Notes under the pieces: generated by a model
Told to the model about the DNA's origin: nothing
Databases searched by the model: none
What the model saw: only the letters and a program-made list of their open reading frames with translations
Assembly: GCA_963845065.1 (NCBI GenBank)
Contig: CAWJQQ010000009.1
Span: 768,001 to 832,000 of the forward strand
Source: Nitrospirota bacterium
GTDB taxonomy: Bacteria; Nitrospirota; UBA9217
Reading direction: 5' to 3'
Length of the DNA stretch: 64,000 nt
Part shown: positions 21,734 to 32,607 of the stretch, in pieces
Position numbering within the stretch: position 1 is the stretch's first letter
Layout of the letters: the number at the start of each line of letters is the position of its first letter
Program-made: the position numbers and the translations under genes

Positions 21734-22111
21734 ATGACTATTAAAACGAAAAATATGCTTGTTGTGGATGATGAACCAGCTATTCTCCAGCTTGTCGCTG
21801 AAACCTTCGCAGCACCGGAGTTTCATATTTATACAGCCAAAGATGGAGTAGAGGCATTGAGGTTGATTGACGATTCTTCTACAGCTATCGATATTCTCCT
21901 TGTTGATGTGGTTATGCCGAGACTGAACGGACCTGAGCTTGTCCGTGTCATTTTATCCTACCATCCGGAAATAAAAATAATTTTCATGTCAGGCTACTCG
22001 GATGATGTTCTTGATCAATACGGAATTGTTGCAAGTAGAATACGATATATAAAGAAGCCGTTTACTCCAGCCATTTTGGTGCAGGCAGTCCGTGAAGAAT
22101 TAAGCAAATAA
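21734..22111 (+). CDS. Single-domain response regulator
   Basis: VVDDE, DVVMP, MSGY and KKPF receiver motifs. Confidence 0.9.
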   Translation: MTIKTKNMLVVDDEPAILQLVAETFAAPEFHIYTAKDGVEALRLIDDSSTAIDILLVDVVMPRLNGPELVRVILSYHPEIKIIFMSGYSDDVLDQYGIVASRIRYIKKPFTPAILVQAVREELSK

Positions 22112-22313
22112 TTATTGCGACCATCAAGGCAAAGCTTCATCGCCCTATCGTTGGAGATCGCAATACCTGTACGGTAAATAGAGAACTCGACAAATGGCAT
22201 GCCTGCTTCGGCGTTGAGTATGCGCCAATTCCCAGACCTGCATCTGATGAGGCCATCGGGATAGACGTAGGTATCTATACCTTCGCTGTCATTTCTGAGG
22301 GCGAAGCGATTAC

Positions 22314-22655
22314 CTTGCCAAATCAATATCAGATGCTGGATGGGGACATTTTCTCAATTATCTTGAATACAAAGCGAAGAAGCTGGGTGCAAGTTTAAGA
22401 AAGTCGCTTCTCACCACACATGCATCATCTGCAGCTGTTGTGGAGAACGAGTCCCCAAAGCGCTTGCCGAAAATATGCATAGTTGCCTTTTATGTAAGAC
22501 TGTTCTGGACCGCGACCACAACGCTGCAATAAATATCCTGAAAAAGTCTACGGCAGGAACTTCCGAAAACTACGCTTGGGGAGAGGCGGTGCATCAATGC
22601 CTTTCAACGAACCAAAAAGCCTCGTCCGTAACAGGTTGTAGGCGAGGTAGTTCAC
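22314..22655 (+). pseudogene. tnpB: 3' relic of a canonical tnpB (family C) with right end
   Basis: LAKSISDAGWGHFLNYLEYKA (frameshift) CSCCG..DRDHNAAINIL, followed by a hairpin ending GTAGTTCAC. Confidence 0.85.
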
Positions 22656-22954
22656 CAATATTAGATGGTGATTAAATTATCGGGATTATAGAAGATGCGC
22701 AGAATGCTGGCTGGAGTTTGCAATAAAAAACTTTCTAAAGTTTGCACAGAACATCATTGGGGTCGGATATAATTAACTAAGATAATGGCAATTGCTTTTG
22801 TTGCGGAACGTAAAGGAATAATTACTAATGGCTATCTTCAAGTGATGCTCCTTCGCTGTTGGAGGCAGATGAAGAATTTAAGCGGATTGAGGGTTTACGC
22901 AATACATTGAGACTTGAGAGAAGACTCAAAATTCATTAACGGGAGCGTACACAT

Positions 22955-23344
22955 ATGAAATGGCTCGAAAAGTACACAGATGAGGCTTACGCGCTATTGC
23001 GCATTATGGCAGGATTCATGTTTTCATTTCACGGAGCTCAGAAAATCCTGGGCGTGCTTTCAGATTTTCGGCCGGCATTTGGATCCCAACTTTGGTTGGG
23101 GGGTGTCATTGAACTTCTTGCAGGACTGGCGGTACTGCTTGGTTTTAAAACGCGCGTGGCGGCTTTTCTCAGTAGCGGTGAAATGGCCGTGGCTTATTTC
23201 CAATACCACTGGAAATTCCAAATCGACGCAAAGTTTTTCCCAGCAATTAACAAAGGCGAGTTGGCCGCCCTCTACTGCTTTGTTTTTTTCTATATCGCCT
23301 GTCGGGGCGGGGTAAAATGGAGTTTAGACAAAAGGGGTCGATAG
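22955..23344 (+). CDS. DoxX family membrane protein
   Basis: LLRI..HGAQK, GEMAVAYF and GELA motifs. Confidence 0.9.
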   Translation: MKWLEKYTDEAYALLRIMAGFMFSFHGAQKILGVLSDFRPAFGSQLWLGGVIELLAGLAVLLGFKTRVAAFLSSGEMAVAYFQYHWKFQIDAKFFPAINKGELAALYCFVFFYIACRGGVKWSLDKRGR

Positions 23345-23589
23345 TCATAAAGTGCTTCAGCTGACCCTGCATATGCTGTCGTGGTTAGTCTAAGTTGGTT
23401 CGATATTTGATTTTAAAGAAAATTTAGTGGGGCCATATATTTGAGGTGTGTCGTCAAGAAAAAGGTCTCTCATTCCTAGAGACAGGATGATCCTCGCCAA
23501 GCCTTTGAGGTAACTTCGAAAAAGTCGATCAGTACCAAATACTCGCGCAGATAGTACAAGTATGGCTTGGTGGAAGGTGTCCATTACCG

Positions 23590-24026
23590 ATGTTTTAGCG
23601 GCAAGGAAACCCTTGACTCTAGCCATGGGGATAAATTGCTGTGCAGATGACTTTTCCTGTCATCGCTGAATATGTATCATACGCTCTTTGATAACCAAAG
23701 GTGTGAGGTTCCGGTGAGAAATTCAGCGGGTGAATTCTTTGTCTGTATTCGACATTGCCGGCCTGATTAAGCCTGGTCGGATGCTTGCTTGCTCCGAGAA
23801 CGGGCGATCTCGAGATTGCAATATCAAGCGCCGAATGGTGTGATTTTTATCTATCGGCTTTGGTTTGCGCCCCTGATAAAAAGTTGCTTTTATGTTAAAG
23901 ACCTCATGCTCGACCCATATAAAACAGATCAACGACAATCTAGATAAGCAACTTAAATTTGTTGCCGAAGCGTTTGCAAGAATTGCCGTTCGAAACCCGT
24001 GCCTTCAGGCGTGGGGTAGGCGGAGG
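23590..24026 (+). mobile_element. Degenerate miniature derivative of a family-A tnpB element
   Basis: Left-end-like hairpin at about 23605-23632; 23745-24026 aligns by eye to the last ~280 nt of the family-A element, including the GCAAC/GTTGC stem and the right-end hairpin. Confidence 0.65.
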
Positions 24027-24695
24027 TAACTGCTGAGCCTGACCCAAAGGGCATCTGTTGCTGCTAGACAATCAGATTAATCCAACGGCTTCATTCTGGT
24101 AAAGAGTTCGAGGGGACTGGAATCGGTCTCGCCATAGTTGCGTGGACCATTTGTCGTCACGAAGGAACGGTCTGGGCAGAAGGAGAAGTTAGCAAAAAGG
24201 CGACGATGTATTTTACGCTGGGGGAAAATACCAGGATTAAATGAATGGGCAAGAGTGAATAACTAGCACGCATGATGATAATGTATTCGTTTCATGCTAA
24301 CAGTCCTTGTTATACAATGCCCGCTCAAGTGAGATTATCATACAACCAACAATCCCCTTTCCCAATGATTACGAGAATCATGTCCTGTTGATGAACGTTG
24401 TGTTAATAAAAATCTGATGGGATTTCTGAACTGCAGTAGCCTCAAGATGAGAGCCTGATCGGGTTTTCCTCCGGGGTAGGAAAACGGCGCCGTAGTGGAT
24501 TCTGCTCGTCCCGAAAATGGCAGGGATGAGACGGGGTCGAGGCCAAGCGCAAAATCCGTTTGGACAAAAGTTTGAAATGAATTCTGGTGGCCATCGTCAT
24601 TAATGTCAGTTTGGAATATTACTATCAGGCACCCGTCAAAGCGCGAGGATTTCAAAAAAAAGTAAAAGAGGAACGCCTTTGCAGGTGCCGCACGG

Positions 24696-26819
24696 TCAAG
24701 GGCAAGAGGCCGTGAACTTCTTCGATGAATCCGATTTACTTTGGTGTCTATTTTCGGCCATAATTTTTGTGAACTCTTCTGGAGGCAGCGGTCTGTTAAA
24801 GAAATACCCTTGCGCCTCGTCGCACCGAATTTCGGTAAGGCAGGAAAGCTGCTCCGCGGTTTCCACTCCTTCGGCAACGACAGATATTTTCATTTGATGG
24901 GCCATGGCGGTCACGGCGCCTACAATCGCTCGGTCATCCGGATCGTTGGCGATGTCTTTGACGAACGTTTGATCTATTTTGAGCCTTTGAAACGGCAGTC
25001 TCTTTAGATTGTTCAAAGACGCATAACCCGTGCCGAAATCATCAATGGTGATGCGGACTCCCTTTCCAGCCAGTTCATGAAGACAGTCGATTGTGCGAGC
25101 GACTGCAACTACTGCAACGCTTTCCGTAATCTCAATGTCAACGAAGTGAGGTGGTACCCCCGTTTCATCCAGTATTTTCGAAATTGTATCCGCAAAGCCG
25201 GGCTTCTGAAATACCCGGGAAGAGAGGTTTGCCGCAATGGATAAAGGAGCATACCCTGCGTCTAGCCACGTCTTGAGTTGCATGCAAGCGGTCCGTAAGA
25301 CCCACTCATCAATGGTCGTGATAATCCCGATGGATTCGGCAGTCGGGATGAACCGTTTTGCGTCAAGCAGACCAAGTTCCGGGTGGTTCCAGCGTACGAG
25401 TGCCTCAGCCGAAACGATCCTTCCCGTCCCGATATCAATCTGCGGCTGATAGTGAACTGTTAGTTCTCTGTGCGTCACGGTTCGGCGCAAGGCATTTTCA
25501 AATTTGAGCCGCTCGACAGAACGCCGGTTTATGTCAGGATTGTAAAACTCGAACGTGTTCCTGCCGCGGGTCTTCGCATGATATAGCGCAATGTCCGCAT
25601 ATCGGAACAACGATTCAATAGTGTTGCTGTCATCAGGATAGACGCTTATACCCATGCTGGCCGTTATGGTGAACTCATGGCTGGCAATCACGCATTTCTC
25701 CCGGAAGGCGTCCAGAATTTTCCGCGCAATGTCGGTGATATCCTCAGGCCGCGTGATGCCTGCAAGAAGTATACTGAACTCGTCGCCACCGATCCTTGCA
25801 ACAGCGTCTGAATCTCTGATTGAGGCCCGGAGGCGTTCCGCAACCATCCTCAGGAGCTGGTCACCCGCCTCGTGACCCAGTGTATCGTTGACTTCCTTGA
25901 AGCGGTCGAGGTCGAGGAACAGGAGCCCTGTTTTCGTTTGATTACGGCGGGCTTCAGCGATCTCGAAGCGGATCAATTCCATGAACAGCCGTCTGTTCGG
26001 CAGGCCCGTCAGGACATCATGGTGGGCCATATGCGTAATTTCTTCTTCGAGTCTTTTGCGTTCGGTGATGTCCACGATGAAGGCAATTTGGTTTGGTTGC
26101 CCGTCGAGTTTCGCTGCGCCGAAAAGACCCCAATATTTCGATCCGTCACGGCTGAGATATTCAGTTTCGTAGGGTGTGATGCGACCGGTAGTCCTGAACT
26201 CCTCGGACGCTTCTCTCATTCTCGTTTTCCATGCTGATGGGACCAGACGTTCCCAGCGCCGCACCCGGCCCGCGGCCAGATCCTCGCGATTGGCTCCGAT
26301 CATTGCGAGAAACTTATCGTTTCCGTCGATGATCCGCCCATCGGTATCGAAGTACGCTATGCCGATGATGCCACTTTCGCTTAAACGGCGGAAACGTGCT
26401 TCGCTGTTTCGGAGCGCTTCTACGGAACGTTTACGCTCGATGGCATATCGTATGGATCGCACCAGGAGATTGCGGTCTATCTGTCCCTTTGTGAGATAGT
26501 CTTGAACATCCAGATGTAGGGCTTTAATGGCGACCTCGTCGTCGTCAAGCCCAGTGAATACGATGATCGGAATAGTGGGTGATTGCCGCCTGATATCAAG
26601 TACCGAGTCCATGCCCTCGCTATCTGGCAGCCTCAGGTCCAGTAGCACGATGTCAAATGAGACTTCCTTATCGCGTAACAGCTGGAGACCATCAGACAGC
26701 CGTGACGCCTGGACGAAGGTAAAAGAGGGCTCTCTGACCTTTATCAGCATCCGCCTGATCAGCTCGGCATCGTCCGGATTGTCTTCGATCGCGAGCACAT
26801 TGATATGCACGTTTTTCAT
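24696..26819 (-). CDS. REC-PAS-GGDEF-EAL response regulator
   Basis: IEDN/DLRLP receiver, PAS, RDSD I-site plus GGDEF, EAL and DDFGTG. Confidence 0.95.
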   Translation of the reverse strand: MKNVHINVLAIEDNPDDAELIRRMLIKVREPSFTFVQASRLSDGLQLLRDKEVSFDIVLLDLRLPDSEGMDSVLDIRRQSPTIPIIVFTGLDDDEVAIKALHLDVQDYLTKGQIDRNLLVRSIRYAIERKRSVEALRNSEARFRRLSESGIIGIAYFDTDGRIIDGNDKFLAMIGANREDLAAGRVRRWERLVPSAWKTRMREASEEFRTTGRITPYETEYLSRDGSKYWGLFGAAKLDGQPNQIAFIVDITERKRLEEEITHMAHHDVLTGLPNRRLFMELIRFEIAEARRNQTKTGLLFLDLDRFKEVNDTLGHEAGDQLLRMVAERLRASIRDSDAVARIGGDEFSILLAGITRPEDITDIARKILDAFREKCVIASHEFTITASMGISVYPDDSNTIESLFRYADIALYHAKTRGRNTFEFYNPDINRRSVERLKFENALRRTVTHRELTVHYQPQIDIGTGRIVSAEALVRWNHPELGLLDAKRFIPTAESIGIITTIDEWVLRTACMQLKTWLDAGYAPLSIAANLSSRVFQKPGFADTISKILDETGVPPHFVDIEITESVAVVAVARTIDCLHELAGKGVRITIDDFGTGYASLNNLKRLPFQRLKIDQTFVKDIANDPDDRAIVGAVTAMAHQMKISVVAEGVETAEQLSCLTEIRCDEAQGYFFNRPLPPEEFTKIMAENRHQSKSDSSKKFTASCP

Positions 26820-27693
26820 GTTGTTACCTCAGCTATAGTTTTGTATTCGCAAACCCAAAAATAGCAGTGATCTATTACCACCTAAAAGAATATGATCAGT
26901 TTGATCGGCACCCCACGGAGGAATCTCGTAGCGCGGAACTCGAACTTGTGTATGGCGGTTCCTGGACTAGAACTACGAGGGCTATTGACGAATGCCAATT
27001 TTCTGCTTGGTTTATTGACTCAGCTCTTTTGAGGGCTTTTTTCAAGACGGTATTGAAGGTCCTTGTCATTCACAGAAGCCGCCAATTCATGATTCTCCTT
27101 TGTCTCTTCTTGCAAATGCTATTTATGAACCTCCCCTCCGGTTCCGTTGCGTATATGCACAATGAATGCAGAACTCTATATTTCCATTATAGTCCTCTTG
27201 ATCAAGGGATGGAAGGATTATGACTTTTTGGCAATGATCGAGCGCAACTCGTCTCTTTAGTTAGTGAAAAAACTGATCTGTAGGGGGGAGGGGGAATATA
27301 ATACTAAGATATTATTAATCATCACTGAAATCCTGTATAAAAAATCTAATTCAGAACAGTTTGGTTTTCAACGGAAATATGCGTCTAGGAGCAGGTCTGG
27401 AAATATTGGAGCAAGATAAAGGCTCAAGAGGTTTGCAATGATTATCATAACCTCTCTTCTATAGCACGACGATCCTTACAGGATTTCCCAGGCTGCGCTG
27501 AATTGAAAACAGGGAATCAAACAGGTCGACAGCGCAATCCTCATGGCCACCTACCAGAAACACCGACAATGCGCCACGAGTGTTCCCTATATCTAAATCT
27601 CGGGGTTTGGTAAATCAGGGTACGAATCCCTGATGATAAACGGCAGCAGCACTGTTCGGCTGCCGTCCTAGTCTGTCAGAAATAAAAGGCATG

Positions 27694-28875
27694 CTATATC
27701 GTTTTTGTCAAGTATCAAAGGAAGCTTGAGTATGTTCGATAGGATATGTCTTTGTGTCAATTACAAGGCGCAGTTCTCCTTTCGGAATTTCTGCCGTCAT
27801 CGCTTTTATCGGCGAGTCTCTCGCATCCAAACGAACGATATCTCTAATAGTTATTGTTATTCGGTGTGCCGCGCTTTCGCTTTGGCCGCCTAGAATACCT
27901 TGTCCAGATTCTATCGTTCAAACGAGAGGCCTTTTATTGTATCTAACGAGGTCAAATGCCCTCAACTATGAAGGTCGGGCTCTCTCACCGCAATGTTTAT
28001 TTATATTTTACTGATCATGCTGCCTTTTTCTGCACTTCCTGATCCTCCTGCTTGAGATATTATGGATCAAAGAATTCTTGCTTCTTCATCAGCGTCCAAG
28101 CGATGGCTTAGAGCTTCGCAGACAACTTGACGCGCATCTTTGTGCCAATGCCTTTTTCTCTTGCCAGTCCCTTAAGCTTGTTCGTAAAATATACGATAAA
28201 GTCTTTGTTCTTGAGCGATGCTATCATGGCCGCTTCATATAGCGCATAGCGAAGATCTGATTTTCCCTGTTTGGAAATGACCGGGGTCGCTGAATATGAT
28301 GTCTTCCCGCTCCGATTCGCACAGAGGTCAAGACCGGCCATTTTCAACACTTGCTTCGCACTCGTAAACCGGTGAGGATTCCCGATAGTCCCCAAGACCT
28401 TAGCGGAAAGATCCGGCCCGAATCCTGGAATGCTCAAGAGGTATGTGTACTCGGGAAACTCCAGGCAAGCATTCTCAAGTTTGTTTTCCACCGACTTGAT
28501 GGTTTGTCAAAGCTGCCTCAAACTGTCCACCATGACTTGGGCCTCAAACGATGCCGCTTCTCCCATGGTGCCGCCGATGGAGTCGACCGCTGCCCTCCAG
28601 ATTGCCCCGACCCGGCGCCACGGTGCGGCAGAATGTGTCGTATTCCATTCCGGCAATTGCCGACGGATCGAGGCATTCTCGCATCACTGACAGGGTCTCT
28701 AAAGGGCCGAAGTGGTGGTCAAGCTCAGGGAAATATTGAGCAAGGAGATTATTACGGATACACGCGCTTATACCGTGTTTCCGCTTTTTCATCAATACAG
28801 TTCATAGAAGCCTCCTGTCTCTTGAATTTAGTTCCCGTATAAACTAATTCTTAGCAGGAGGTTTCTATTTTGGAT
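27694..28875 (-). mobile_element. IS110-family element relic with long non-coding 3' end
   Basis: Transposase remnants at 28060-28805; about 370 nt non-coding downstream, ending TTGACA..ATAG; leader shares 29 identical bp with 47318-47346. Outer boundaries approximate. Confidence 0.7.
28060..28805 (-). pseudogene. IS110 recombinase pseudogene (DEDD domain deleted, frameshifted)
   Basis: QYFPELD, SIPGFG, AGL...RSGK and ISKQG..LRYALY motifs spread over different frames. Confidence 0.85.
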
Positions 28876-29635
28876 AGATTGAAAGGCAATTTCCTCTATG
28901 CTTAAAAAGGGGAATATAACCTTATGCTCTATCTATATATAACTATGGTTTTAGGAAAGGATCGTGATTTATATTCCTCTATCTTTTTTTACTGCGCTAT
29001 CACTATAGGCACGATAAAGGTCTCTAAAATTATTTAAAGCTTGGGAATTATAACTATTTACACTGACATAACATATCGCCTTGACTTCCTACCTTAGTGC
29101 GCTATCATAAAAGGGAAAGCCACTTAGCATAAAAATGGCTAACAATATGAGGTCGTTGCGCTTAAGCATGCATCAAAGGAATCATCGATACGGCATCAGA
29201 TTCCCGAGGAGAAAGGGGCCAAGATGGTAGACAAATTATTTGACCTTTTCCGAGGGATATGGAAGTATCTTATCCAAAGTATTTGCGGGCTATCGAGCTA
29301 AATATTATCCTGGGGAAAAAATATTTTACAAGGTCGTGTTTATAGTTAGCACGGTGTCAAGGCCGAAAATGCTGCCTGAAACCGCTGGTCCATCAGTAGG
29401 CTGACAACGAGTGGTTGGTTGGATATCATTAAAAAAATGATTAGGCTGGTGGGAAATCACTTCATTGCCTCTTTTGTGAAAGCGCTTTGCTGACTCTCAG
29501 AACGGTAAGTAGTTATTTATCAGCGCAGAGAATGTAAGGACAATTACATACGCGTTCGTAGCTATAAGATAGTGTCTCGTCGAGAAAGGTCCCTTCGGAA
29601 TTTGTCAATGACTTTGAGACACCCCTCGTCCGAAT

Positions 29636-30655
29636 TTAGTGTACTTTTTCCTCGCTCAGAGGGACCGGTTTCGGTTTGTTAATCCAAACTGCAGCCGGTA
29701 ATGAAGGAGGAACAGGCGCTTTCTTCACAAACCGTTCAGGATGTGCCTCATACGCGGTGAGAAGCACCTCGCCTCTGGCTTTTTGCACATCCTTCGCAAA
29801 TCCGTAGTGGACGGACTCCGGCGTGTGCAGTCCGATGCCGGAGTGATGATGCTCTGTGTTATACCAGGGAAAGAAGATCTGACCGAAACTTCGGCTATCC
29901 TCGATGCAGCCGAATCGGTCGGGGAAGTCCGGCATATACTTGAGCGTCTTGAACTGAGACTCGGAAAATGGATTATCATCACTCGTATACGGTCTGCTGT
30001 GGGTCTTAGTGATGCCCAGATCGGCCAGGAGCAAGGCAACCGGCCTGGACCTCATGGACGAGCCACGGTCTGCGTGAATAGTGAGTTGTCCTTTTTCGAT
30101 GTTCTGCTTTGCACAGGTTTCCTTGATGAGTCTTTCCGCCAATGCAGCCGATTCCGCAGGGGCGATCATCCAGCCGACGACGTAGCGGCTGAAGATGTCC
30201 AGGATCACATAGAGATAAAAATAGGTCCACTTTGCCGGGCCTAAAAGCTTGGTAATATCCCAGGACCAGACTTGGTTCGGTGCCATGGCCAAAAGCTCCG
30301 GCTTCTGATACACAGGATGGGTGAGCTGGTTCCTGCGTTCCTTGACCTCCTGGTTTTCTTCAAGGATGCGGTACATGGTGCTTATAGAGCATTGATATGA
30401 GCCTTCATCCAATAGGGTTGCGTAGACCTCCTGAGGCGCCTTGTCCACGAACCGATCAGAATGGAGGACGTCAAGCACTCCTTGCCGTTCGTCTGAAGAC
30501 AGAGCACGCGGAGGGCTCGGACGTTTCAGCGGCTCCATGAGAGGCGCATTTTTCCGCGCCTGCGTCCGGTAGAACCCTGAACGAGGGATATCAAGCGATT
30601 CACATGCTGATTTGATCCCGACATCAGAGGAAAGAGTAAGAGCGGCTTCCATCAC
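29636..30655 (-). CDS. IS3 family transposase OrfB (DDE)
   Basis: WSWDIT, HADRG and DNPFSE motifs. Confidence 0.92.
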   Translation of the reverse strand: MMEAALTLSSDVGIKSACESLDIPRSGFYRTQARKNAPLMEPLKRPSPPRALSSDERQGVLDVLHSDRFVDKAPQEVYATLLDEGSYQCSISTMYRILEENQEVKERRNQLTHPVYQKPELLAMAPNQVWSWDITKLLGPAKWTYFYLYVILDIFSRYVVGWMIAPAESAALAERLIKETCAKQNIEKGQLTIHADRGSSMRSRPVALLLADLGITKTHSRPYTSDDNPFSESQFKTLKYMPDFPDRFGCIEDSRSFGQIFFPWYNTEHHHSGIGLHTPESVHYGFAKDVQKARGEVLLTAYEAHPERFVKKAPVPPSLPAAVWINKPKPVPLSEEKVH

Positions 30656-31155
30656 TCGTTCTCTCCATTCTCGTCGGTCGCAATCGGGATCCCCAGAAGC
30701 TGTGATATTTTTTTTTGAACGTCGTTGATGATTTCTGCCTTTCTGAGGCGATTGGTAAGCCGCTCATTCTCCTTGCGGAGCCTCTCGTTCTCTGCTGCAA
30801 GAGGATTGCGGACTGATTCCTTGCGACCCCGCTTCTTAGGCGCGAGGGCGGATAGTACGCCGCGGTCGCGCTGACGACGCCAGGTGTCGAGATTTGATGC
30901 ATAGAGTCCCTCGTGGCGCAGGAGCTTGCCAAGGCATCCAGGTGTGTTGCAGGCATCGGCAAGCGTAAGGACGCGAAGCTTGTATTCAGCCGTAAAACGT
31001 CGCCGAGCGGCTTTAGCCGGAACCTCGGAGTCTGGCAGGATCGAAGGCGCACCTTGAGACGGATTGACTTCTTGCGGGGCTCCGCCCCAGGGAACCTCAG
31101 TCGCCCTACGAGCTCCTTCGTATCCTTGGGTTGCTTTGATCTTTGCTGCTATCAT
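30652..31155 (-). CDS. IS3 family transposase OrfA (HTH plus coiled coil)
   Basis: RRRFTAEYK HTH and ENERLRKEN; A9 run (VQKK) with the -1 frame open into OrfB. Confidence 0.88.
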   Translation of the reverse strand: MIAAKIKATQGYEGARRATEVPWGGAPQEVNPSQGAPSILPDSEVPAKAARRRFTAEYKLRVLTLADACNTPGCLGKLLRHEGLYASNLDTWRRQRDRGVLSALAPKKRGRKESVRNPLAAENERLRKENERLTNRLRKAEIINDVQKKISQLLGIPIATDENGENE

Positions 31156-31279
31156 AATGATTTCTCCTCCCCGCCCTCTACTCTAATTTACCATAGGGGA
31201 GGTGTCTCAGTTATATTGACACAGAGGGCTTGATATGCTGCATATCTAATATATTTATGAATGGAGGAGGGAATAGTTA

Positions 31280-31612
31280 ATGACGGAATATTACAAAGCA
31301 GAAGATCTAGAGAAATTTGGCGATGTGGGCAAGCATAACCCGATGCTTTTTAAGAAATTCATCGATTGGTACACAGCGTCACTTGAGCCGGGTATACTGA
31401 CCAAACGGGAAAAAGTGCTTATTGGCGTTGGTGTGGCCCATGTTATCCAGTGCCCGTATTGCATCGATGCATACACAAAGTCCTGCCTGGAGGAAGGCAT
31501 GAGCTTGGAGCACATCACCGAAGCAGTACATGTTGCCTCCGCAATCCGGGGAGGCGCATCATTGATTCATACTCTCCAGGCACACAATGTAGTCGATCGA
31601 AACTCACTATAA
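31280..31612 (+). CDS. AhpD/CMD-like peroxidase-like protein of the family associated with ArsS-type radical SAM genes
   Basis: QCPYCIDAY CxxC and EAVHVASAIRGGASL; adjacent to the radical SAM gene. Confidence 0.88.
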   Translation: MTEYYKAEDLEKFGDVGKHNPMLFKKFIDWYTASLEPGILTKREKVLIGVGVAHVIQCPYCIDAYTKSCLEEGMSLEHITEAVHVASAIRGGASLIHTLQAHNVVDRNSL

Positions 31613-31650
31613 GGCTATATTAACCTACCTGAATAGCATAGCGACGCTCA

Positions 31651-32607
31651 ATGAAGACATTTAAGGAAAAAATCGGAGAGACCTCACCTCAATCTCTCGA
31701 AAGACTTGACCTGAAGATCCTTCAGGTGAACACCGGGTATCGTTGCAATCTTGCATGCAAACATTGCCACATATCTGGAAGTCCCGCCCGCCGAGAGGTC
31801 ATGAATGCAAAGATTGCGGAGAAGGTGATACGCGTTGTAACGGAAAATCCTTTTGAGACGCTCGATATCACCGGCGGAGCTCCGGAATTGAACCCCACGC
31901 TAAGAACGATTATAACAGAAACGAAAAAGGCTGAAAAGAGCGTGACTGTGCGCACCAACCTCACTATCTTCTTCGAACAAGGGCTTGAGTTTTATCCCGA
32001 GTGGTACCGCAAGCAGAGCGTGGATTTGATCGCTTCACTACCTTATTATCTGGAGGACAGCGTCGATCGAGTACGCGGGATCGGCACTTACAAAAAAAGT
32101 ATTGAGGCGTTGAAAATCCTGAACGGGCTGGGCTACGGAATTGATTCAACAGGTCCGTCGTTGAGCCTTGTATACAACCCCCAGGGGATGTTCCTCGCGC
32201 CCTCACAGTGTTCGCTCGAAACAGAGTATCGGCGTGAGCTCAAGGAACGCTTTGACATCTCTTTTACCAGGCTGTATACACTCACAAATATGCCAGTCGG
32301 CAGATTTCGCGAATATCTTGTGAGGACGGGGAACTTTGATAAATACATGGACAAGCTTGCCGCTGCGTTCAACCCTGTTACTCTATCTGGCATCATGTGC
32401 CGGCATCTTGTGAGCGTTGGATGGGACGGCACCCTTTACGATTGTGATTTCAACCAAGTGCTTGGATGCGCAACTACAGCTGGCGCGCCCAAGAATATCG
32501 ACGACTTCGACTATGATGCTTTAGCGAACCGATCAATCTCAGTAGGCGACCACTGTTATGGATGCACAGCCGGACAGGGTTCCTCATGAGTGGGAGCAGT
32601 CGCGTAG
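31651..32607 (+). CDS. arsS: ArsS-type radical SAM/Cys-rich protein, probable selenoprotein (UGA at 32587-32589)
   Basis: CNLACKHC, DITGGAPE, YDCDFNQ; tail HCYGCTAGQGSS-TGA-VGAVA-TAG, where the family tail is typically GSSCGG. Confidence 0.85.

Larger units (their letters stand above)
29596..31228 (-). mobile_element. IS3-family insertion sequence, apparently intact
   Basis: IR cores TGTCAAT..TGAGACACC starting at 29603 and ending at 31221. A 3-bp CTT repeat lies symmetrically 7 bp outside each core, so the exact termini are inferred. Confidence 0.85.

Noticed and set aside
22111..22310. Possible Uma2-like nuclease fragment (YVYPD) on the minus strand
   Set aside because: Only one short motif matches; not supportable without a search.
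24338..24690. c-di-GMP riboswitch near the GGDEF-EAL gene
   Set aside because: I could not match the class I or class II consensus, and the segment lies downstream of the gene.
31216..31260. Hybrid promoter formed by the IS3 outward TTGACA driving the arsS cluster
   Set aside because: No convincing -10 hexamer at 16-18 nt spacing.
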